Positions 10,210 to 17,866 of a stretch of 64,000 nucleotides of DNA are shown here, piece after piece. The stretch covers positions 4,058 through 68,057 of the forward strand of contig JAPLVZ010000009.1 of NCBI GenBank assembly GCA_026396805.1. The letters run 5' to 3'. How positions within the stretch are numbered: position 1 is the stretch's first letter; each line of letters starts with the position of its first letter. Under the pieces are notes generated by a model that saw only the letters and a list, made by a program, of their open reading frames with translations, searched no databases and was not told the DNA's origin. A program made the position numbers and the translations under genes. Origin of the DNA: Candidatus Falkowbacteria bacterium (GTDB lineage Bacteria; Patescibacteriota; Patescibacteriia; Patescibacteriales; UBA12465).

Positions 10210-12845
10210 AAACCTTGGATTATTTTAACTATTTTTTCTAACTCCGCTTGGTAGGCGGCTAGTTTACTCTTGGCCGCGGCCACAATTTCCTCGGGCGCGT
10301 GACCGACAAAATCGGCATTGCTTAGTTTAGCCGATTGCAAGCTAATTATCTTTTCTAAATTTTCTTTTTCTTTCAATAAACGTTCTTTTTCTTTCTTCTT
10401 ATCAACGCCGCCCAAAAGATAAACTTCCCAACCGCCGACAACCGCCGCAATCGCCTTGTCTATTTTATCGCCCTTTTCTCGTATTTCCAAAGATTTCAAA
10501 CCTGTTTTAAGATTGATAATTATTTCCATTTGCTCTTTTAATAACCCGGAGTCCTCGTGACCGTAAATTACCGCCTCCAGTTTCTTCGCCGGTTCAACCT
10601 TATTCTCACCGCGAGCGTTCCTGATAGCGATAACCAGTTCCTGAATTTTTTGGAATTTTTTCTCAACCATGGCGGCTTCGTTGGTCGCCGTCTTAACCGC
10701 TATGTCTTGCGGCCACTGAGCGACCATTAATAAATCGGCGTTAAAATTCGACCAGATCTCTTCGGTGACAAACGGAATAAACGGATGCCATAAGATCAGC
10801 ACGTTCTTTAATATATAAATCAATATTTCCTCCTTATTTTTTTCTATCTTGGCGACTTCCAGATACCAATCGGCCAGCTTATTCCAAGTAAATTCATTCA
10901 ATTCCTCGGCGGCCAAAGAGAAATTAAAATTTTCCAAATGTTCGGTAACGATTTTAGCGCTAGCCGCCAGATTATTTAAAATCCATTTATCCGCCAAGGT
11001 TGGCGCTGGGGCCGTCCGGTAAGCGGTGGCATAAAACTTTTCAGCGGTGGCGGAAAGAATAAAGCGGGAAATATTCCAAAGTTTATTGACGAAGTTGCGT
11101 TTGGATTCAACTTTGGCGTCGCTATAACGAGTATCATTGCCCGGAGTGGAGCCCATGAGTAAAGACAATCTGACGGCATCGGCGCCGTATTGATTGATTA
11201 CTTCTAGCGGGTCAACACCGTTGCCCTTGGATTTAGACATTTTCTTACCATTCTTATCTAAAATTATGCCATGCAAATAAACTGTTGAGAAAGGAATTTC
11301 TCCCAGGGCGAAGAAAGACATCATAATCATGCGTGATATCCAAAGAGTTAATATTTCATAGCCGGTTTCCAGCACTTGAGTCGGGTGAAAGCGCGCCAGA
11401 TCGCCGCTCTTAACACCATCCTTAAAATTATCCGGCCAGCCCAAAGTTGAAAATGTCCACATGCCCGAAGAAAACCAAGTGTCTAAAGTATCGGGATCTT
11501 GAATCCAGCCGGTTCCTGACGGCGCTTCTTGACCGACAAAGATTTCTTCGCCCTTATACCAAACCGGAATCTGATGCCCAAACCAAATCTGCCGGGAAAT
11601 ACACCAATCATGGAGATTTTCCATCCAGTCGCAGTAGCTTTTACTAAATCTTTCCGGAATAAAAGTAATCTCTTTCTTGGCCGCGGCTTCCAAGGCTTTT
11701 TCTTTCAAAGATTTTCCGCCCAAACGTTCTAACTTCTTGTCAACGCTAATAAACCATTGCCGGGATGGAAGGGGCTCAATCGCGGTTTCACAGCGGTAAC
11801 AGACCGACAAGTTATTATTAATATCTTCTTCTTTTTCTAATAATCCTTGTTCTCTTAATTTAGCCACAATCAAATCGCGCGCCTCTACCGCTTTTAAACC
11901 AGAATAAACGCCAAAGCCGTCCCTAATCAGGCCAGCTTCATTGATAACTTTAATTATCGGCAGACTGTTGGCCTGGGCCATTTGCCAATCAATCGCGGAG
12001 TGAGCCGGGGTGACGCCTAAAGCTCCCGTACCGAATTCCAAATCTACATTATAATCAGCGATTATTTTAAGATTGAGTTCCTGACCGCAAAAATTAACCT
12101 TATATTGTTTGCCGATATATCGGCGATAACGCTCATCTTTCGGATTTACGGCCACAGCAGTATCGCCCAACTTGGTTTCCGGACGAGTCGTGGAAATGAC
12201 AATAGGAAAGTCTAAAGAATATTTAAAGGTATAGAGTTTGGCGACCTGCTCCTTATGTTCAACTTCATCGTCCGCTAAAGTCGAGTGACAACGCGGACAC
12301 CAATTAACTATTCTTTCGCCGCGATAAATCACCTCCTCCTGATACATATCAATAAACATCCTGGTTACCGCTTTTTGTCTCGTTTCGTCAAGCGTAAAAG
12401 CTAGACGCGACCAATCTAGGGAAGATCCCATTTTTTTGGTTTGGTGGAGAATAGTAGCTTGAGTTTCATTGACAAATTTCCAAACTTCTGCCAGAAAAGC
12501 CTCGCGCCCTAAGTCGTGGCGAGTCTTTCCTTGTTCTTTCAGAATTTTCTTCTCAACCACGCCCTGGGTGGCAATGGCGGCATGGTCAGTCCCCGGCACC
12601 CATAGAGTTCTATATCCGGATAAACGGCGATATCTTATTAAAAGATCTTCTATCGCCAGCATGGCGCTATGACCAATATGCAATTTAGCGGTAATATTGG
12701 GGGGAGGGAGAATAATGGTATAAGCAGGAGCGTTTTTCGGCAAATCCAGGTTATCAGGATTAAAGAATCCGGATTTCTCCCATTTTTGATAAATATTATC
12801 CTCGGTTTCAGAGGGGTTATAGGTTTTGTCTAATTCTTGTTTCAT
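10206..12845 (-). CDS. valS: valine--tRNA ligase
   Basis: Class I aaRS with HIGH-type (LHIGHS) and KMSKS motifs, editing insertion, C-terminal coiled coil. Confidence 0.95.
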   Translation of the reverse strand: MKQELDKTYNPSETEDNIYQKWEKSGFFNPDNLDLPKNAPAYTIILPPPNITAKLHIGHSAMLAIEDLLIRYRRLSGYRTLWVPGTDHAAIATQGVVEKKILKEQGKTRHDLGREAFLAEVWKFVNETQATILHQTKKMGSSLDWSRLAFTLDETRQKAVTRMFIDMYQEEVIYRGERIVNWCPRCHSTLADDEVEHKEQVAKLYTFKYSLDFPIVISTTRPETKLGDTAVAVNPKDERYRRYIGKQYKVNFCGQELNLKIIADYNVDLEFGTGALGVTPAHSAIDWQMAQANSLPIIKVINEAGLIRDGFGVYSGLKAVEARDLIVAKLREQGLLEKEEDINNNLSVCYRCETAIEPLPSRQWFISVDKKLERLGGKSLKEKALEAAAKKEITFIPERFSKSYCDWMENLHDWCISRQIWFGHQIPVWYKGEEIFVGQEAPSGTGWIQDPDTLDTWFSSGMWTFSTLGWPDNFKDGVKSGDLARFHPTQVLETGYEILTLWISRMIMMSFFALGEIPFSTVYLHGIILDKNGKKMSKSKGNGVDPLEVINQYGADAVRLSLLMGSTPGNDTRYSDAKVESKRNFVNKLWNISRFILSATAEKFYATAYRTAPAPTLADKWILNNLAASAKIVTEHLENFNFSLAAEELNEFTWNKLADWYLEVAKIEKNKEEILIYILKNVLILWHPFIPFVTEEIWSNFNADLLMVAQWPQDIAVKTATNEAAMVEKKFQKIQELVIAIRNARGENKVEPAKKLEAVIYGHEDSGLLKEQMEIIINLKTGLKSLEIREKGDKIDKAIAAVVGGWEVYLLGGVDKKKEKERLLKEKENLEKIISLQSAKLSNADFVGHAPEEIVAAAKSKLAAYQAELEKIVKIIQGL

Positions 12846-12911
12846 GAATTAAAATTACCAAAAAAACGAGTTTAAGTCAACCGAATTCCCCTAAGTCAAT
12901 CAAGTTTTACC

Positions 12912-12940
12912 TTGACTTTAGCAGTAAATAACTATATATT
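12912..12940 (+). promoter_or_regulatory. sigma70-like promoter for the DHH-family gene
   Basis: TTGACT (12912-12917), 17-nt spacer, TATATT (12935-12940), 45 nt before ATG 12986. Confidence 0.5.
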
Positions 12941-12985
12941 AAAGAGTTAAGCCCAAGCTAATTGGCGGAAGTTTATAATTGAAAA

Positions 12986-14128
12986 ATGTTAGATTTAGAA
13001 CAACAAATTTTTCGGCAACTGGAAAAATCAAAAAATGTCCTGATAGTTTTTCCGGCCGATCGGGATAATGACGCGATCGCTTCGGCTCTGGCTCTTTTTC
13101 TGTTCCTAAAAAAAATTGGAGTGGAAACAGAAATCACCGGATTCAAAAATGACGATCGATCCGAACCTTTATTTTTCCTGCCATCTTACCAGGAAATAAA
13201 AAAACAGCTGGATAATCTCCGGCGCTTCATCGTCTCCCTCGATATCAGTCAGGCCAAAGTCAACCAAATTAAATATTCCGTCGATGCCGATCAGCTTAAT
13301 TTTATTATTTCCCCGAAAACCGGCTGGTTCAAGCCGGAAGACGTCTCCACGCGAACAGGCGAATTTAGATATGATCTCATCTTCACCGTCGGCGTCAGCG
13401 ATCTGGAAGCCTTGGGAAAACTCTACGACGACAATGTGGAATTCTTCTACAAGACCACCATTATAAACATCGACCACCAAGCGGCGAACGAGGAATTCGG
13501 ACAGATTAATTTCGTCGACTTGAACGCTATCACCACCGCGGAAATAGTTTTTTATCTCTTAAAAAATTACAAGCCGGAAATGATTTCCGAAGATATCGCC
13601 ACCTGTCTTTTAGCCGGCATCATCCAGCGAACCAAAAACTTTAAGACCGCCAATTTGACGCCGCGCGTCCTTTTAACCACTTCCGAATTAATAACCCTCG
13701 GGGCGCGGCGGGAAGAAATAATCACCCATCTTTATCGGTCAAGGGATATGTCCTCTTTAAAACTGTGGGGAAAAATACTCAACAACCTTCAGGCGGAGAA
13801 AAAGAATGAATTGTTGTGGTCAAAGCTGGACAATAATGATTTTAAAGAGACCGGAGCGACAATGGACAGTTTAAGTGATATTATAGACGAGCTTATCGCC
13901 ACTGTCCCCAGCGCTAAAATCATCCTTATTTTCTGCGAAGAAACGCCTGATAAAACCACGCTCTTGGCTTATTCTCTAAAAAACATCAATGTTCTGGATT
14001 TTATCAGGGAATATGGGGCTCTGGGCGGAATAAAAACGGCTCAAGCGACTTTAAATATGGGGATAAAGGCGGCCATCAGCCAAATAATCCCTAAACTCCA
14101 AAATAAGCTTGAAAAATTAAGCTTATAA
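12986..14128 (+). CDS. DHH/DHHA1-family phosphoesterase-like protein (NrnA-like) with divergent catalytic motifs
   Basis: Overall NrnA-like layout, but DHH reads IDHQ and the DHHA1 GGGH motif reads LGGIK. Confidence 0.7.
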   Translation: MLDLEQQIFRQLEKSKNVLIVFPADRDNDAIASALALFLFLKKIGVETEITGFKNDDRSEPLFFLPSYQEIKKQLDNLRRFIVSLDISQAKVNQIKYSVDADQLNFIISPKTGWFKPEDVSTRTGEFRYDLIFTVGVSDLEALGKLYDDNVEFFYKTTIINIDHQAANEEFGQINFVDLNAITTAEIVFYLLKNYKPEMISEDIATCLLAGIIQRTKNFKTANLTPRVLLTTSELITLGARREEIITHLYRSRDMSSLKLWGKILNNLQAEKKNELLWSKLDNNDFKETGATMDSLSDIIDELIATVPSAKIILIFCEETPDKTTLLAYSLKNINVLDFIREYGALGGIKTAQATLNMGIKAAISQIIPKLQNKLEKLSL

Positions 14129-14209
14129 TGGTATAAAATAACTACTAAACATTATAATCTGGCGAACTTGCATTCTTTCTTGCATTCTTTTTTGACGGCC
14201 ATTATAATA

Positions 14210-14283
14210 GGGCATATAGCTCAGTTGGTTAGAGCACCGCTCTTATAAAGCGGGGGTCGATGGTTCAAGTCCATCTATGCCCA
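14210..14283 (+). tRNA. tRNA-Ile, anticodon UAU
   Basis: Hand-folded cloverleaf: acceptor GGGCATA/TATGCCC, D arm GCTC..GAGC, anticodon stem CCGCT/AGCGG, loop CTTATAA, T arm GATGG-TTCAAGT-CCATC, discriminator A, no encoded CCA. Confidence 0.85.
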
Positions 14284-14296
14284 CAGACGAATAAAA

Positions 14297-14370
<74 letters not shown>

Positions 14371-14380
14371 CCGTCTAGAG

Positions 14381-14412
14381 AATACGCCGTTCATAGCGGC
14401 GTATTTTATTTT
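14381..14412 (+). terminator. intrinsic terminator after the tRNA pair
   Basis: AATACGCCG (14381-14389) pairs with CGGCGTATT (14397-14405), followed by TTTATTTT. Confidence 0.75.
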
Positions 14413-14464
14413 CCTTATTTACAATTTGCTAAAATATTGGTAAATTATAGATGAAATAAAATAT

Positions 14465-14881
14465 ATGTTTTTCAATAAAAAAAACCATCTTAAGCCAAGC
14501 GTTGTCAGCGGAGCGGACAATCCGATCGAATGGTTGGATTATGAAGAGCCGGAAACGGAAGGACAGCTCGCCATTGATGTCTATCAGACCGACAAAAAAA
14601 TAATCATTAAATCCACGATTGCCGGGGTCAAACCGGAAAATTTGAAAATTTCCCTCCATCATGATCTTCTGACCATCAAAGGAACGCGGGCGGCCGACGC
14701 GGAAATAACCGAAGAAGACTATCTTTATCGCGAATGCTATTGGGGATCATTCTCCCGCTCCATAATCTTGCCGGCCGAAGTTGACAATAAGCGCGTGGAG
14801 GCGGAGCTGGAAAATGGCGTTCTCACGATTTCCTTATATAAAACCACTCCTAATAAAATAGAAATTAAGGTAAAAGATTAA
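14465..14881 (+). CDS. small heat-shock protein (Hsp20/alpha-crystallin family)
   Basis: Alpha-crystallin domain pattern (LAIDVYQTDKKIIIKSTIAGVKPENLKISL..., GVLTISL near C-terminus). Confidence 0.85.
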   Translation: MFFNKKNHLKPSVVSGADNPIEWLDYEEPETEGQLAIDVYQTDKKIIIKSTIAGVKPENLKISLHHDLLTIKGTRAADAEITEEDYLYRECYWGSFSRSIILPAEVDNKRVEAELENGVLTISLYKTTPNKIEIKVKD

Positions 14882-14913
14882 CCCTTACCCTTTTAGACAA
14901 TCATTTCTCGCCT

Positions 14914-16830
14914 ATGAAGGCTCCTTTCAAGAATACGGCAATCATTTTCGCTTCAATCCTATCCCTATTAATCGTCTTTTTGGCGATTAATTATTTTATT
15001 TGGCGAAATAATTACCAGGGGCGATTCTATCCGAAAGAATCTATCGGCAATTTAAGCCTAAGCGGCCAAACCAGGGACGAAGCCAAAAAAGCGATAGACG
15101 AGCGCTTCCAACAAATAAATAAAGCCGGATTATCTTTCCGATATGATAAACGATCGGAAAAGCTTGATCTTGACGTTGTCCCCTTTGATTCCGATTTAGC
15201 TCGTCCGACCCTGATTCTTGATTTAGAGGCGTCTCTGGCTAATATCTTTAATCCCAAAGATCATAATAACTTTTTCCATTATTTGATAGCCAAATTTATA
15301 AACAGGGGCGATAAAAAATTATTCCCGATTTATTCCCTGGACGAAGAAGCGGTTAGGGCTTTCTTGGACGACAATTTTAAGGAACTGAATATCGCACCGG
15401 AAAACGCTTATTTTTCTCTGACAAAATCCAGCCCGGAAACAAAAATTATCTCTAACCAAGAAAGACCCGGGAAGGGCATAGACTACGCTAAAATTTTCAG
15501 CGATATTCATAACAGCCTGGCTAATTTGGAAGCGCCGGCAGTCGTCATTAGAACAACATCTTTATACCCGGAAATAAAATGGTCTGACTTGGTCGATTTA
15601 GAGGCTGAAGCTAAAAAAATTATCGGCCGCGGCGAGTTAACCGTCAGCTTCAACGAATTCGGAGAAGCCAGCTCAACGACAAAATACTGGAAAATACAGC
15701 CGGATAAATTAACCACTTGGATAAGTTTGATAAAAACTCAAAATAGCACAACTATTTTTCTGGATCAAGAAAAAATCAAGGAGTATTTAAAAACTAAAAT
15801 AGCTCCAGAAATTGACGAGGAAGATGTCCTGCCGCGTTTTGAGATCAAAAACGGAAAGGTTTCCAGCTGGCAAACCGGTAAAAATGGGAGGAAAGTAGAT
15901 CTGGAGGCCAGCGCTCAAGCAATAACCGTCAATCTTCTCGGCGGCCAAAATGAAACCGGCTTGATAATCAAGGAAACCAGCGGCCAAGAAATCAGTCCGG
16001 ACAACAATCTCCAAATAAAAGAAATCATCGGCACCGGGCACTCAAATTTCGCCGGCTCGCCGATTAATCGAAGAAAAAATATAAAAAACGGGGCCGACAC
16101 CTTGCACGGGATACTCATCAAACCGAATGAAGAATTTTCTTTGCTAACGGCCCTGGGAACAATCGACGCCAGCACCGGCTACTTGCAAGAACTGGTTATC
16201 AAGGGGAATAAGACCGTCCCGGAATTCGGCGGCGGTTTATGCCAGATAGGAACCACAGTCTTTCGATCGGCTTTAGGTTCCGGACTGCCGATAACCATGC
16301 GCCAAAACCATTCCTACCGCGTTTCTTATTACGAGCCGGCCGGGATGGACGCGACTATTTATAACCCTAGGCCGGATCTGCGTTTTATCAACGATACCGG
16401 AAACTATATTCTGATCCAAGCCCGAATAATCAAAGATGATTTGTATTTTGATTTCTGGGGAACTAAAGACGGCCGCATCGCCACCACAACTTACCCGACA
16501 ATCTATAATATAGTGAAGCCGGGGCCGACAAAAATAATCGAAACAACGGATCTGGAGCCGGGGAAAAAGAAATGTACTGAAAGTTCTCATAACGGCGCCG
16601 ACGCTTTCTTTGATTATAAGGTTATTTATCCGGAAGGTTCAACCACCACTCCGATTCAAGAACGAAGATTTTCTTCTCATTATGTCCCTTGGCAGGCGGT
16701 TTGTCTTGTCGGCGTTACCGCGAGTTCCACTCCGGGGACAGCCAGTTCCACTTTAGTGACGGCTTCATCGACCCCGACTGCAGTCGCCAGTTCAACCAAT
16801 CAAACTCAAACACCGACTACATCGAATTAA
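14914..16830 (+). CDS. VanW-domain protein, membrane-anchored, with Ser/Thr-rich C-terminal tail
   Basis: N-terminal TM helix; VanW core (GGGLCQIGTTVFRSAL...MRQNHSYRVSYY); last ~45 aa are ASSTPGT/ASSTLVT/ASSTPTA-type low complexity. Confidence 0.85.
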   Translation: MKAPFKNTAIIFASILSLLIVFLAINYFIWRNNYQGRFYPKESIGNLSLSGQTRDEAKKAIDERFQQINKAGLSFRYDKRSEKLDLDVVPFDSDLARPTLILDLEASLANIFNPKDHNNFFHYLIAKFINRGDKKLFPIYSLDEEAVRAFLDDNFKELNIAPENAYFSLTKSSPETKIISNQERPGKGIDYAKIFSDIHNSLANLEAPAVVIRTTSLYPEIKWSDLVDLEAEAKKIIGRGELTVSFNEFGEASSTTKYWKIQPDKLTTWISLIKTQNSTTIFLDQEKIKEYLKTKIAPEIDEEDVLPRFEIKNGKVSSWQTGKNGRKVDLEASAQAITVNLLGGQNETGLIIKETSGQEISPDNNLQIKEIIGTGHSNFAGSPINRRKNIKNGADTLHGILIKPNEEFSLLTALGTIDASTGYLQELVIKGNKTVPEFGGGLCQIGTTVFRSALGSGLPITMRQNHSYRVSYYEPAGMDATIYNPRPDLRFINDTGNYILIQARIIKDDLYFDFWGTKDGRIATTTYPTIYNIVKPGPTKIIETTDLEPGKKKCTESSHNGADAFFDYKVIYPEGSTTTPIQERRFSSHYVPWQAVCLVGVTASSTPGTASSTLVTASSTPTAVASSTNQTQTPTTSN

Positions 16831-16843
16831 TTAATACCTGTTT

Positions 16844-16866
16844 GTTCGAATCCCACCCTCTCCGCA
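16844..16866 (+). pseudogene. tRNA-Ser-like 3' remnant (T-loop, T-stem 3' strand, acceptor 3' strand)
   Basis: GTTCGAATCCCACCCTCTCCGCA resembles the GGTTCGAATCC...CTCTCCGCCA 3' end of bacterial tRNA-Ser genes. No matching 5' half upstream, because the VanW stop codon is only 13 nt away. Confidence 0.55.
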
Positions 16867-16872
16867 GATTGC

Positions 16873-16899
16873 AAATAGCCCTAGATATGGGCTATTTTT
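16873..16899 (+). terminator. hairpin plus T-run directly after the tRNA remnant
   Basis: ATAGCCC / GGGCTAT stem followed by TTTTT. Confidence 0.65.
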
Positions 16900-16903
16900 G
16901 ATA

Positions 16904-16939
16904 GGGAGAATTGAACTTTGGAACGGTCAGTGCTAATAT
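16904..16939 (+). promoter_or_regulatory. promoter module for the VOC/HAD insert (GGGAGAATTGAA element, -35/-10)
   Basis: GGGAGAATTGAA (16904-16915); TTGAAC (16911-16916), 17-nt spacer ending TGC, TAATAT (16934-16939). Confidence 0.5.
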
Positions 16940-16960
16940 TAAAATAAATAATAAGAATAT

Positions 16961-17311
16961 ATGAAATTAAGATATATTATACTTAAAGTTAAAGACATCC
17001 AAAGAGCTAAAAATTTTTATTCCCGTCTTTTAAGCACCGAACCCACAAAAGAAGAGCGTGATAGAATGGTGGTATTTGATCTACAGAACATAAAAATCGG
17101 TTTATATAACCCCTTGGCTGACGGGGACCCCTTGTCTGAGTCTGATTTTGGAAATAGTTGTTATGCCGCTTTTGGAGTGGAAAATATAGAACCTGAATTA
17201 AAACGCGTATCCGTTTTTGCTGAAATTATATGTCATAAGAAAGTGGATTATCATGAATGGTTTGAATTTAGAGATTCGGAAGGAAATATTCTAGAAATAC
17301 ATAAAATATAA
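16961..17311 (+). CDS. VOC (glyoxalase/bleomycin-resistance/dioxygenase) family protein
   Basis: 116 aa, pattern IILKVKDIQRAKNFYSRLL ... FEFRDSEGNILEI typical of single-domain VOC proteins; visibly AT-rich. Confidence 0.65.
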   Translation: MKLRYIILKVKDIQRAKNFYSRLLSTEPTKEERDRMVVFDLQNIKIGLYNPLADGDPLSESDFGNSCYAAFGVENIEPELKRVSVFAEIICHKKVDYHEWFEFRDSEGNILEIHKI

Positions 17312-17342
17312 AGCAAAATATTATAAAATAGTATAATAACTT

Positions 17343-17738
17343 ATGAAAACAATTCTTGTTGATGCAGTTGCTGCATTTATTATAGAGACAGAAAAAGAAA
17401 ATTTTGAAATATTTGAACCAATGCGTAAAATACTTGATGAATTTCCTAATAGAAAGATTATTCTTACAGGAGCAAACGATGAACAATTTAAAAAATTTGG
17501 TTTAGATAAAATGCCCTACGAAGTTTTTACCTTAAAGCATGACCCGGAAAAAGTGAACCCTGAATATTATAAAAAAATGCTCGAACATTTTAATTTAGAA
17601 GCTGACGATGTCGTTTATTTTGAGCATAGTCCCGAAGCAGTGACCAGCGCACAGTCCGTGGGCATAAAAACTCACTATTGGGATAACGAAAGACGACCAT
17701 TAAGGGAATTAAGCATTTTTCTAGAGCATAACACCTAA
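17343..17738 (+). CDS. HAD-like hydrolase-fold protein (degenerate motif I)
   Basis: 131 aa; ILVDAVAAF where DxDxT is expected (second Asp missing), later ILTGAND and FEHSPEAV..A...G resemble HAD motifs II-IV. Confidence 0.45.
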   Translation: MKTILVDAVAAFIIETEKENFEIFEPMRKILDEFPNRKIILTGANDEQFKKFGLDKMPYEVFTLKHDPEKVNPEYYKKMLEHFNLEADDVVYFEHSPEAVTSAQSVGIKTHYWDNERRPLRELSIFLEHNT

Positions 17739-17866
17739 TTTTGGTGGGTGTGGTGGAATAGCAAAGACGTTCCCAGTGCGTTCTGCCCTCTCCGCCAGTT
17801 TAAGCGGGTTTAAAATAGCTCCAGTCAAGGATTTTAAACGGGGGTTCAAATTATTATCTTTATAAT

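Noticed and set aside
14167-14208. Direct repeat CTTGCATTCTTT x2 and a TTGCAT-17-TATAAT promoter-like arrangement upstream of tRNA-Ile
   Set aside because: The -10 hexamer ends 1 nt before the mature tRNA 5' end, which would place the transcription start inside the tRNA. The 12-nt duplication is short and AT-rich.
16700-16830. Ser/Thr/Pro-rich repeats (ASSTPGT ASSTLVT ASSTPTA) as an independent gene or tandem-repeat element
   Set aside because: They are in frame with and continuous with the VanW ORF, so they are most simply a low-complexity (possibly glycosylated) tail. The overlapping +2-frame ORF 16689..16901 has no support.
17739-17866. A complete tRNA or tRNA pseudogene in the 17.74-17.87 kb spacer (GGTTCAAAT-like and ...CTCTCCGCCA pieces)
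   Set aside because: I could not fold a cloverleaf, and there is no matching acceptor 5' strand (GGAGAGG). Only the 12-nt 3'-end-like piece is retained as part of the flanking-repeat hypothesis.
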